In this document: positions 1-10,617 of the stretch, piece by piece
Numbering within the stretch: position 1 is the first letter of the stretch
Layout of the letters: each line of letters opens with the position of its first letter
Origin: a bacterium
GTDB taxonomy: Bacteria > Patescibacteriota > Patescibacteriia > UBA9934
DNA length: 64,000 bases
Direction of reading: 5' to 3'
NCBI GenBank assembly: GCA_027592325.1
Contig: JAQCKO010000004.1
Span: 192-64,191, forward strand
Position numbers and translations under genes: made by a program
The notes under the pieces: generated by a model
Database searches by the model: none
What the model saw: the letters and a program-made list of their open reading frames with translations, nothing else
Told to the model about the DNA's origin: nothing

Positions 1-213
1 GACGCAGCGCTCGACGAATCGAATACGCTCAAATTTGCCGAAATTCTTGGAAAATTACAACCACTTACACAATTCATTGTGATTACGCATAATCGCGCGA
101 CCATGGAAGCGGGAGACAAACTCTACGGCGTCACGATGGACGGAAATGGCATAAGTAATTTGCTCTCGGTGGAGCTAAAAGACTTTGAGGAGAACTTAAC
201 GGCACGGAGGTAG
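1..213 (+). CDS. smc: Chromosome segregation ATPase SMC, 3' end (partial)
   Basis: Frame 1 reads DAALDESN...QFIVITHNRATME...LYGVTM, the D-loop and H-loop of the SMC C-terminal head; stop TAG at 211-213. Confidence 0.9.
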   Translation, partial: DAALDESNTLKFAEILGKLQPLTQFIVITHNRATMEAGDKLYGVTMDGNGISNLLSVELKDFEENLTARR

Positions 214-444
214 AAAAGTTGTGATCATTCCCGAACGTCTCAGATTTTTTTAGGTATTGATGAAGAACAAGAAACGGAACGAGACGTACTCAAACGTACG
301 CTGAATGTGTATCACAGATCTGAGCCGCTAGATGAAATGATGTGAGCTGTTTATATAGAAATAGAGTATAAAGATCTCTTGCGCCCACGTATCCCCTACA
401 TACCACCTCCTCTTGTTTGGCTATAAACGAACGAATGTAGCAAA

Positions 445-1053
445 TTATTTCCGTCCTGTAAAGGTCTTATACGTCATGCGATGATGCAAACATGGACCGT
501 ACGTTGCAATCGCCTCGCGATGGGCCTTGGTGCCATAGCCTTTATGCGAATCAAAACGGTATTCAGGATGCGACGCGTGCAACTGAAGCATTATTCTATC
601 CCGCGTCACTTTTGCAAGAATGCTCGCCGCAGCTATCGACTTTACCTGCGCGTCCCCACGAATAATACCCCGTTGCTGGATAGAAATCCCAGGAATCGTC
701 CAGGCATCTACGATGGCAAAATCTACCTCTCCCGCTGCGTCAATGGCCCGGCGCATGGCAAGATAATTCGCCGGCCTCAGTCCCAATGTTTCAATTTCTT
801 CAACCGTCGCGATACCAATACCGTATGCACTGCTCCGATCAATCACCAAATCAAAAAGCTCCTCACGTTTTTTATCTGACAACTTTTTTGAATCATTTAA
901 CTCCCCTAGCCGAGAATTAAGCGGAAGCCTGCACGCCGCTGCAACAAGCGGGCCTGCAAGCGCCCCCGCCCCAGCTTCATCAACACCAACAATAAACGAA
1001 AACCCCTCATTGAGGAGCTGTCGTTCGTGGTGAAATGTAACGTTCGCTGACAA
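445..1053 (-). CDS. rnhB: Ribonuclease HII
   Basis: GVDEAGAGALAGP, DSKKL, IAAASILAKVTRD and HKGYGT motifs. Confidence 0.95.
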   Translation of the reverse strand: MSANVTFHHERQLLNEGFSFIVGVDEAGAGALAGPLVAAACRLPLNSRLGELNDSKKLSDKKREELFDLVIDRSSAYGIGIATVEEIETLGLRPANYLAMRRAIDAAGEVDFAIVDAWTIPGISIQQRGIIRGDAQVKSIAAASILAKVTRDRIMLQLHASHPEYRFDSHKGYGTKAHREAIATYGPCLHHRMTYKTFTGRK

Positions 1054-1062
1054 ATTATGACG

Positions 1063-1758
1063 TTAGTTGATCAGTTCGATGGGCAGCCTAAGAACTTTCA
1101 CAAGCGTATCAGTTAAATGTGCAAGTCTCATATCTGCACTTGTATCTCGTGAAGCAATCCTATAGACCTGCCGAAGTACATCGGCGAATTCTTCCTCTGT
1201 AGGCGTATTGTTTTCTAAATACAGAGAAAATGCGTTATCAATAGCTCTACGCTCTGACGTAGCGTCACTAGAAATGCTTCCTAATCGCTCCATATATGAT
1301 TTAATTTGTGCTGCGTTTTTCTCTGTTTCACCGAATAGTTCACCGTATGTAATAGCCGTAATTCCTGCCCCAGCTTCCTTCGCTAGATTGATAAGCGAAT
1401 GCGGATTTTCAAATTCTTGTATCACTGGCTCACTCTCATCCGGTTCATCTGATCGAGTTTCAGGCCGAGACGCCACGCGCGTCCGACGACCAATCTTTTC
1501 TGGATCATCAATTCTCGCTGTTTCTGCACCATTTCGCTCCGCATTTGTTATCCGCTTTCTGCTTTGAGCATCCCTACCCATACCGATAGTCCTTCTTCGC
1601 TCATTCGCACGCCCCCCTGCCGCAACTTCCGATACTTCATCCGGACCATCTACATCTGGCACGATTTCAGCAGGATCAGTTTCCCCGTGAATATATGGTA
1701 GCGGCTCTCCTTTTCTTTTTGATCGAAATGATTCAAACATATAATGCCAGAATAACAA
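1063..1758 (-). CDS. Hypothetical protein with charged, probably disordered N-half
   Basis: 231-aa ORF filling the gap, co-oriented with rnhB; no recognisable motif. Confidence 0.6.
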   Translation of the reverse strand: MLFWHYMFESFRSKRKGEPLPYIHGETDPAEIVPDVDGPDEVSEVAAGGRANERRRTIGMGRDAQSRKRITNAERNGAETARIDDPEKIGRRTRVASRPETRSDEPDESEPVIQEFENPHSLINLAKEAGAGITAITYGELFGETEKNAAQIKSYMERLGSISSDATSERRAIDNAFSLYLENNTPTEEEFADVLRQVYRIASRDTSADMRLAHLTDTLVKVLRLPIELIN

Positions 1759-1862
1759 ATAAACGGGTTAAAACTGAGCAACTACCCACAATGCCCTCAC
1801 AGGGGTTGACAAAATTTCTTCCGTTCGCTAAAGTCCCCACAAATTAATTGATAACGCAACTC

Positions 1863-2420
1863 ATGTTGACAATCCGCCTCTCTCGGACTGGAAAAAAGCA
1901 CCATCCTCAGTATCGAATCGTCGTTCAGCAAAAGCATACCGATCCTTGGTCACCTGCTCTTGAAATCATTGGACAGTACAATCCACATACGACCCCTAGT
2001 ACGATCGAAATTAAGAAAGATCGCGCAGAACACTGGCTTTCAAAAGGCGCGCAACCATCTGAAAGCGTGCACAATATGCTTGTAAACGCCGGCATTATTA
2101 AGGCGGACAAGGCAAAGTCAGTCGCAATCTCAAAGAAGCGTGCCGGAAAGCTTGAAGGTAAGCGTGCCGAGGCAGAAGCAAAGAAGAAAGAAGCCGTAGA
2201 AAAAGCAAAGGCAGAAGCCGAAGCGAAAGCTGCGGAAGAAGCTGCCGCAAAAGAAGCCGCTGAGGCAGAAAAGAAAGCTGCTGAAGAAGCAAAGAAGGCA
2301 GATGAAGCTAAGGAAGAAGCTCCAGCTGAGGTTGCGAACGAAGAAAGCAATTCTGAGCAAGCCGAAGGTGAAGCGAAGGAACCATCTGAGGAAACTCCAG
2401 CAGAAGAAGCTGCTGAATAA
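1863..2420 (+). CDS. rpsP: 30S ribosomal protein S16 with long Ala/Glu/Lys C-terminal extension
   Basis: MLTIRLSRTGKKHHPQYRIVV...GQYNP...WLSKGAQPS; ATG at 1863. Confidence 0.95.
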   Translation: MLTIRLSRTGKKHHPQYRIVVQQKHTDPWSPALEIIGQYNPHTTPSTIEIKKDRAEHWLSKGAQPSESVHNMLVNAGIIKADKAKSVAISKKRAGKLEGKRAEAEAKKKEAVEKAKAEAEAKAAEEAAAKEAAEAEKKAAEEAKKADEAKEEAPAEVANEESNSEQAEGEAKEPSEETPAEEAAE

Positions 2421-2529
2421 CCGTATTAGAATCGAGGCCTTGAGTCTCGATTTTAATAATGCTAAGCTTCAGGTATCGGTTCGCGGGAGGTCGAGCGCGA
2501 AATAGACCGATACTCAAGTAATAGATGTT

Positions 2530-2865
2530 ATGGAACAAGATCAAGCATTCGTAGAATACGTTGTGAAAGCCATTGTCAATAATCCTGACGATGTGCGTAC
2601 CGAACGTACCATCGATGAACGCGGAGTCCTAATCACCCTTCACATCAATCCCGAAGACATGGGATATGTGATCGGAAGACAGGGAGAAACCGCGCGATCA
2701 ATACGTAAACTTCTCAAAACCGTTGGAGCAAAAGAAAATGCCCGCGTGAATTTGAAGATTTACGAACCAGAAGGATCACGCCGCGAGCGCCCTCAACGAG
2801 AAAATCGTCGTGAGGACATGCACGATGACGTTGACACCTCGGTGGTAGATGACCTCGCAATCTAG
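2530..2865 (+). CDS. khpA: KH-domain RNA-binding protein KhpA
   Basis: DMGYVIGRQGETARSIR KH motif; usual position after rpsP. Confidence 0.9.
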   Translation: MEQDQAFVEYVVKAIVNNPDDVRTERTIDERGVLITLHINPEDMGYVIGRQGETARSIRKLLKTVGAKENARVNLKIYEPEGSRRERPQRENRREDMHDDVDTSVVDDLAI

Positions 2866-2867
2866 CG

Positions 2868-2900
2868 AAAAAAAACAGCCCTCAAGGGCTGTTTTTTGTT
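2868..2900 (+). terminator. Rho-independent terminator, probably bidirectional
   Basis: AAAAAACAGCCCT-CA-AGGGCTGTTTTTT. Confidence 0.85.
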
Positions 2901-2971
2901 TAAACATATTTGATTTAACGAACGCCAATTTTCTGTGTTCGATTACACGTCGTTAGTGGCTAGAAATTTTT

Positions 2972-3071
2972 TGATCACAACGTTCCTGGATATGCGATGT
3001 TGCGACCGTAGGGAGCAATATGGGTGAGGTCTCTCGGAAGAGACCGAACCGCATAGCCAGTGTTATATGAA
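2972..3071. repeat. attC-like imperfect hairpin (candidate recombination site)
   Basis: CACAAC (2976-2981) ... CTGGATATGCG (2986-2996) / CGCATAGCCAG (3050-3060) ... GTTATAT (3062-3068), with two internal hairpins. Confidence 0.55.
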
Positions 3072-3154
3072 GTAATAATACATTCTTACTCCGACCAAAG
3101 GAAGGAGTTTTTGGAAATCAGGGCAATTTTTCTTTGCTATTTATCATCTAGCTA

Positions 3155-3182
3155 TTGACTAATTCTTAGGAAGTGCTATATT
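3155..3182 (+). promoter_or_regulatory. Sigma70 promoter of the cassette cargo gene
   Basis: TTGACT-16 nt-TATATT with extended -10 TG. Confidence 0.65.
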
Positions 3183-3222
3183 GTCACGTCGACAACTTTC
3201 ACCCTGTCGACGTGAGGCGTTC

Positions 3223-3597
3223 ATGACCAGGGATCGCATCAAAATCCCCAATAAGCTTACGATCACTGATCTGGAGAGGCCTGCGTGTGACCTGATCAGC
3301 TGGCCATGGGTAATCTTCGGACCAATCCTACGCACAGGGCAACTGCCGACCGCTACCCAGCTCGAATCTCTGGATCAGATTATTCGACTGCGTGTCGTGC
3401 ACGTGCTGACAACGTGCGCGCAGGACCTGGACAAGCTCCGCGAAGAAGAAGGTGGTCTGCGTCGATTCGTACCGCACAACAAACGTGCGGAGCTCGACAC
3501 GATTGGAAGTCAGCCGTGGGCTGCTCGCTGGAACGGGTACGCCGACCTCATCTCTGCAGCAATCTCCTTCGAAATGGCCAGACGTCGTCGTCCTTGA
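3223..3597 (+). CDS. Orphan hypothetical protein (cassette cargo, ~124 aa)
   Basis: GAGG RBS before ATG 3223; GC-rich coding style; hairpin plus U tract at 3627-3673. Confidence 0.6.
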   Translation: MTRDRIKIPNKLTITDLERPACDLISWPWVIFGPILRTGQLPTATQLESLDQIIRLRVVHVLTTCAQDLDKLREEEGGLRRFVPHNKRAELDTIGSQPWAARWNGYADLISAAISFEMARRRRP

Positions 3598-3838
3598 TGG
3601 CTGTCACTGCGTCACCGCATCCCAGAGAAGCCGCCCTCGGGCACTTCACTCTCGGGGTGCGGTCTTCTTTTTGTAAACAGCGAAGAAAAAGTGCCCTGAC
3701 TTCCAACCGCCACGTCAGTGGCGGAAAGAATGTATTATTATTTCATATAACGGCGCAAGATTATATTGCTACGCTTTACATACAAACTCTCCCCTTCTTC
3801 ATTGAAGCGAAGAGATTTTTTTATTCGTAACGTTCACT

Positions 3839-4664
3839 ATGGAGGAAAAAATGATTCTTGCAGCAATTGCGTCTACCGAAGAAGTGTTGCAACTTAAAAA
3901 CTACTCACAAGCAACAAAAAAAGCCTATCTTAGCTGTATTCGAACATTTCTTGAATGTAGTCAAAATGACGCCCTACTGCATCAAGCGCAAATTACTTCG
4001 TTCATCTTGCAAAAACGACGTGAAGGATTGTCCGGCTCAACGACAAATTTATATCTTCAATCGATTAAGTTCTATCCGCGCCATGTTCTTAGAATGCCGA
4101 CCGAGTTTCAAATCCCCCTCGCAAAACGTCCTAAGCGCCTTCCTGTAATACTAACAAGGGACGATATTCTTCGTATTCTTGAGTCCATTTCAAATGTAAA
4201 ACATAAGACTATGATTGCACTTGCATATGGAGCTGGACTACGGGTCAGCGAAGTTGTCGCAATACGCATTCGTGACCTTGATATTGCATCAAAAATGATC
4301 CTTGTTCCCGCAGGTAAAGGCCAAAAAGACCGCATGAGCGTTCTGCCTGTCTCCCTCATAGATGATCTTGAAAATCTTTCTTCTTTCAAACCACCGAATG
4401 GTTTTCTCTTTGAAAGTGAGCGTGGAGGGAAGCTCAGCACTCGAACAGCACAAATCATTTTTTTCAAAGGCGTGCAAAAAGGCCGGTATTAGAAAACCGG
4501 CAACATTTCATTCCCTTCGGCACAGCTTCGCAACACATGTACTTGAAAACGGAACCGATGTACGATACGTCCAGGCGCTTCTTGGACACAACAATATCCG
4601 TACCACACAAATATATACTCACGTCACAAATCCCGCCCTTAAAAATATTCAGAGCCCGTTATGA
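3839..4664 (+). pseudogene. Tyrosine recombinase (N-terminal SAM-like domain plus catalytic domain), frameshifted
   Basis: YGAGLRVSEV and GKGQKDR in ORF 3839-4492; [14 protein letters not shown] and TTQIYTH in ORF 4362-4664; the frames join if one T is removed from T7 at 4458-4464. Confidence 0.9.
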
Positions 4665-5347
4665 TCCACTTTGACATTCTCACCATTTTTCCCAAAACGA
4701 TCGAAGCCTATACCGAGGCATCTATTTTAGGCCGCGCGCAGCGGAGCAATCTTATTGATATAACGTCCCATGATTTACGCGAATATTCCACCGATAAGCA
4801 TGGAAAGGTCGATGACACTCCCTATGGGGGTGGCGCCGGTATGGTCATGACCGTTCAGCCTTTCGATGCCGCGATAAAAAAAGTCCGAAAGAAACGAAAA
4901 AAGACGCGCGTCATTATGACAGCAGCGAGCGGCACGCCATTTACACAAAAAGATGCCAAACGCCTAGCAACATTCGATCAGCTTATTTTTCTCTGCGGGC
5001 GCTATGAAGGTATTGATACCCGCGTTGAAGAGCATCTTGCTGACGAAGTGTATTCGATAGGCCCGTATGTGCTGACCGGAGGTGAACTCCCGGCCATGGT
5101 GATGACCGATGCCATCGCGCGGATGGTTCCGGGCGTTCTTGGGAATGAAGCCTCAGGAAACGATGAGTCACATAGTAAAGACGGCTATTTAGAATATGCT
5201 CAATATACAAAGCCGCAAGTTTATACATTTAGAAAGGGTCTCAAGCGGACATCAGCCGAAGTCCCAGAAGTACTTATGTCAGGAAATCACAAAGAGATTC
5301 AGCGATGGCGTGAAATAGAGGCAAAGAAGCGGTCTAATAGCGTCTAA
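4661..5347 (+). CDS. trmD: tRNA (guanine37-N1)-methyltransferase
   Basis: [23 protein letters not shown] and [11 protein letters not shown] motifs. Confidence 0.97.
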   Translation: MIHFDILTIFPKTIEAYTEASILGRAQRSNLIDITSHDLREYSTDKHGKVDDTPYGGGAGMVMTVQPFDAAIKKVRKKRKKTRVIMTAASGTPFTQKDAKRLATFDQLIFLCGRYEGIDTRVEEHLADEVYSIGPYVLTGGELPAMVMTDAIARMVPGVLGNEASGNDESHSKDGYLEYAQYTKPQVYTFRKGLKRTSAEVPEVLMSGNHKEIQRWREIEAKKRSNSV

Positions 5348-5495
5348 CATAGCTAATTTATTAGCTATTCGCCCAAATACCTTGACAAAAGTCGATTTTG
5401 TGATACATTCTCATACTGATTGCCGGAAGCGCAGAGTATCTATTTGGTACTGAACGCTCCCGACAATCCCGTCGGTGCACGTGCCTGGAGGCACC

Positions 5496-5939
5496 ATGTT
5501 CGTTCTCGTCCTGCTCGCCCTCGCCGCCACCGCCGCCCCAATTACCAGCACCACGGATACGGAGTTCGCAATCTGCCGAACCGAGACGCACATGCCTGTC
5601 GACATCGACGGGTGCGAGCTTGGTGAGCCGAATAATCGCGATCCGAGAACACCCGCCTGCCTGGACTGGGTGGTGACGTGGCACGTCATGGAGCAGACGG
5701 CTCCAAACGACACGTTGGCCGCGGCGATCGCGGCCAATCCTTGGCAGATGGCAGCAGTCATGCCGTGGTGGAATTCCATCACGCGACAGTGGCGTGCACA
5801 TCTCACGCTCGGCGAGGTGACGATCAACATACCCGTCTACCCCGGCGTCACATGCATCGCCGAGGTCGGCCATCTTCGAGTCGCCGTCCACTCACGGGAT
5901 CTCTGGTCGCAGCACGAAGCCTGGAGACCGCGCCATTAG
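5496..5939 (+). CDS. Orphan secreted hypothetical protein
   Basis: TTGACA (5382)...TACATT promoter, GGAGG RBS, signal-peptide-like N-terminus, terminator at 5956-5996. Confidence 0.6.
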   Translation: MFVLVLLALAATAAPITSTTDTEFAICRTETHMPVDIDGCELGEPNNRDPRTPACLDWVVTWHVMEQTAPNDTLAAAIAANPWQMAAVMPWWNSITRQWRAHLTLGEVTINIPVYPGVTCIAEVGHLRVAVHSRDLWSQHEAWRPRH

Positions 5940-6076
5940 TGATACAAGTCACTCTACGTCCGCGTCTCTCCTGAGACTGCGGGCGTTCTACTTTTTACAA
6001 ATCTTCATAATCTACCTATCAAATCTAGCACTTTTCCCTGTCCACACCCTCCCCTTGCAAAATCCCCCCGAACCCC

Positions 6077-6105
6077 TTGACAGAAAAAATCCTATGGTTT
6101 AAAAT
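6077..6105 (+). promoter_or_regulatory. 16S rRNA promoter
   Basis: TTGACA-17 nt-TAAAAT. Confidence 0.75.
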
Positions 6106-6298
6106 TGCCCTCGTCAGTGAATGAATGACTGGCAGCGAACATTCACAATTTATTTCGACAAAACAATTATTCACAATTGTGTGATTACAACGTCTATAAA
6201 AAAGTCCCCGCTTAGCTCGCTTGCGAGCAACGTGGGGCAAACAATAGATCAATAAACAACATTGATCCTGAGCAGAGGTCTAACATTCGTTAGATACT

Positions 6299-7795
<1,497 letters not shown>

Positions 7796-7903
7796 CTAGG
7801 GAAAGACCGGAGCGATATGCTCCAAAAGGTTGATTACTTGTTCTCGTAAGAGATGAGTAAAGACGTTGTAATCACAGAGTTGTGAAATTGGACGAAATAA
7901 ATG

Positions 7904-7934
7904 ACAGAAAACGCCGAAAGGCGCTTTTTTGTTT
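7904..7934 (+). terminator. Terminator after the 16S gene
   Basis: CGCC-GAAA-GGCG followed by a T tract. Confidence 0.7.
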
Positions 7935-8454
7935 GCAAGAACTGGCGGACATCGCGGGATGCGTTTTGGTGTCCTCGGTGCTTTGCACGTATTGATGCCG
8001 CTTCGGTGCGGCGTCACACGACCAATGACAGGCTTACAGATACTGAATATGATGTTGCCATTCTGTGTGAGCATGGCATCACCCATTGGATCGACATCGT
8101 TCGCCTAAGGTAAGCGACCGTAAGTAGACGGTCTGTAACCGTAGTGGACAAAATACAAATCAAATGCTAGATGTCTCATACTCGAGACTCTTTGCGTTGC
8201 AGCACATCTTCCGCTGCATGCTGGCCTCTCGCGGGATCGATGAAGGCGAAATGAGTCCCTGGGACTTCCCCTTTCACCTTCTCGAGTAGCGCCAACGCAT
8301 CGGCCTCTCGTAGACCCGCCCTCACCCGGCGGGTTTTCTCACTTGTGGATGACTGGATGTGTGAAAACCCAGGAGCTATTCGCGAGTATATTTGCAGACG
8401 CATGGATTATAAAAAAGAGACCTTTTGCCTCTTTTTTATTTCCGGCTCATTTCC

Positions 8455-8531
8455 TGGTCGGGGATGCGAGACTCGAACTCACGACCTCTTGGTCCCAAAC
8501 CAAGCGCTCTAGCCTACTGAGCTAATCCCCG
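8455..8531 (-). tRNA. tRNA-Pro(TGG)
   Basis: Cloverleaf; anticodon arm CTTGG-TTTGGGA-CCAAG; encoded CCA. Confidence 0.95.
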
Positions 8532-8617
8532 CCCAAGAAATACTCCGGTTTTGTGGCGGCATTGTAGCGTAAATAGAACGTTTTGACAAGGGCAGAACTC
8601 TCCCCTACCATGCCGGA

Positions 8618-9265
8618 ATGGCAAGAACGAAACTTCGAAAGTTCAACGAGAACAAACAAAACCCTCTTATTTTAGAAGGGAATGATTTTCCTGATGGCAT
8701 CGATTGGCTACACGCATTCGGCAATGAATACCCGGTCACCCTTGAAATTGGTTGTGGGCGTGGTGATTATTCCATCGCCCTTGCAAAACGTTTCCCTCAG
8801 AGGAATTTTATTGGTGTCGATATTAAAGGTGATCGCTTATGGTATGGGGCAAATTTCGCTCAGACGGAAACCCTGCAGAATTGCCTCTTTCTGCGCACGC
8901 GTATAGAGCAAATCGATCGATTCTTCGCACCGGCCACTATCAACGAAATATGGATTACCTTCCCAGGACCGCGACCAAAGAAAACGCAGGCCAATCGCCG
9001 GCTGACAAATCATAAATTTCTTGACCTCTATAAATCGATTCTGAGAGAAGGAGGCACCATCCACCTTAAAACGGACAGTGATTTTGCTTATACGTATACG
9101 CTCGGAATCCTTGAAGAACGAGATGATATGTTGATTGTAAGTGCGACAGATGACATTTACGGATATGCATCTGATGTTCTTCTCACAGACATTCAAACGC
9201 ACTTTGAAATGCGTTTTTTAAAGGATAATATGACAATTAAGCATATTGCCTTTCAATTTGTTTAG
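8618..9265 (+). CDS. trmB: tRNA (guanine46-N7)-methyltransferase
   Basis: LEIGCGRG, NFIGVD, WITFPGPRPK, RRLT and HLKTD motifs. Confidence 0.92.
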   Translation: MARTKLRKFNENKQNPLILEGNDFPDGIDWLHAFGNEYPVTLEIGCGRGDYSIALAKRFPQRNFIGVDIKGDRLWYGANFAQTETLQNCLFLRTRIEQIDRFFAPATINEIWITFPGPRPKKTQANRRLTNHKFLDLYKSILREGGTIHLKTDSDFAYTYTLGILEERDDMLIVSATDDIYGYASDVLLTDIQTHFEMRFLKDNMTIKHIAFQFV

Positions 9266-9317
9266 GCAGTATAGGGTTGACGATTTGATATTTTTACCGT
9301 ACAATCTTGCCACATAC

Positions 9318-9392
9318 GCCGAGGTAGCTCAGTGGTAGAGCAGAGGTCTGAAGAACCTCGTGTCGACAGTTCGATTCTGTCTCTCGGCACCA
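9318..9392 (+). tRNA. tRNA-Phe(GAA)
   Basis: Cloverleaf; GAGGT-CTGAAGA-ACCTC; CCA end. Confidence 0.95.
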
Positions 9393-9654
9393 TTCGACTC
9401 CGCTTGTTTTCAAGCCTCGCTCATGGTCTTCGATCACGGGGTAATGAGACGAGTCGAATGTCCTGAATATCATGCAGGACAATTCAAAAATTGAGGCAGA
9501 TTTTCCAGGTTGGAGATGAATACGAACAAGTTTGAGCTAAGATTTTTGTTTCTGTACAAGGAAGATTCTGAGCAACGAGGAGCCATATATTGACAATCAA
9601 CATACCTACATGTACACATGTTCTAGATTGGTACAGATGCATGGCGACAAGGTA

Positions 9655-9775
9655 TTGAATGGAAATTTTTGGTCTCCTGCGAGGCGAATTCTGAGTATCG
9701 AGGAGCCGTATTCAGATATACGGTGACGACGAACAGAAGAATTCAACAAAGCAGGAGGGCAAAAAGACCATTCAA
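9655..9775. repeat. ERIC-like long hairpin element, copy 1
   Basis: Terminal IR TTGAATGG/CCATTCAA; inner arms CTCCTGC/GCAGGAG, GAATTCT/AGAATTC and CCGTA/TACGG. Confidence 0.65.
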
Positions 9776-9852
9776 GGGTGTGTAGCTCAGGTGGTTAGAG
9801 CGCAGTCCTGATAAGACTGAGGTCCCAAGTTCGAGTCTTGGCACACCCACCA
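9776..9852 (+). tRNA. tRNA-Ile(GAT)
   Basis: Cloverleaf; CAGTC-CTGATAA-GACTG; CCA end. Confidence 0.95.
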
Positions 9853-9987
9853 CTCAAAATGCCGTCACAATTGTGACGGCATTTTGAGTGTCCTGAGCGA
9901 GGCGAAGACGAGTTGAAGGGCTCAAGCCATTTGTTTGCGATACACCCCGAATCTGATAAAATAGTGTCATTATAACTGAACAATCCT

Positions 9988-10257
9988 ATGGATGAAAAAC
10001 AGCCAGAAATAGAGAAAAAGCCGGCAGAAATGCCAAAGAAGCAAAAAGATAATCCAAAGCAACTTGGTCAGACATCGGTTGTCCTTGCGATAATTTCACT
10101 CATTATTCTTCCGTACGCCTTTGCCGCAGCTGCAATCGGACTCGGACTGTACGGCTTCACAAAAGCCGGAGATGACGGGAAAGCAAAAGGGCTTTGCATC
10201 GCAGGTGTGGTCATTGCGATTGCAAGCTTAGTTCTAAAGGCAATGATTTCCGCATAA
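9988..10257 (+). CDS. Small membrane protein (DUF4190-like)
   Basis: Two hydrophobic segments, SVVLAIISL...GLGLYG...GKAKGLCIAGVV pattern. Confidence 0.65.
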   Translation: MDEKQPEIEKKPAEMPKKQKDNPKQLGQTSVVLAIISLIILPYAFAAAAIGLGLYGFTKAGDDGKAKGLCIAGVVIAIASLVLKAMISA

Positions 10258-10491
10258 GGACTTCAAACAAAGAATCGCCCCGTGGCCACAGGTAAAAAGC
10301 CTGCCGAGGGACGATTTTTTGTCTCCTAGGGGCTTGCATGATTTTTTAAGATTTGCTACAATTCTGCCACGAAATTGGGTTAGCTAGTAGCTTGTAGCAA
10401 GTAGGTAGTAGCCGAATTTGATCGAACAATTCACAGCGTCATTTACGTTAGGATTTTTGGTCTGTAATGAGATTAAATCACTAGCATTAAT

Positions 10492-10617
10492 AAATTTGTT
10501 AGGATTTTTGCTCTTCTACAAGGAGAGTCGGCGAGCAGCGATGAGCCATACTGATACGTATGGTGAGAAGGAGCACGGCTGATCGACACAGTAGAAGAGT
10601 AAAAAGACAACAAATTT
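10492..10617. repeat. ERIC-like long hairpin element, copy 2
   Basis: Terminal IR AAATTTGTT/AACAAATTT; arms CTCTTCTAC/GTAGAAGAG and CCATAC/GTATGG; internal-loop words as in copy 1. Confidence 0.65.

Larger units (their letters stand above)
3062..3751. mobile_element. Cassette-like element bounded by long bipartite inverted repeats
   Basis: 3062-3087 vs 3726-3751 inverted match 25/26; 3111-3143 vs 3674-3706 inverted match 29/33; termini GTT...AAC; adjacent to a tyrosine recombinase. Confidence 0.7.

Noticed and set aside
214-440. Protein-like reading after smc, and GTTGTGATCA (218-227) inverse-matching 2972-2981
   Set aside because: The frame is broken by stops and a frameshift. A single 10-bp match spanning essential genes is not enough to call a recombination site.
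3839-4664. Classical integron integrase (intI) or prophage integrase
   Set aside because: It lacks the IntI-specific insertion, and there are no phage genes or att direct repeats.
7901-8113. 70-aa ORF with CxxC
   Set aside because: Its start overlaps the 16S processing stem and terminator, and it has no RBS or promoter; at most a remnant.
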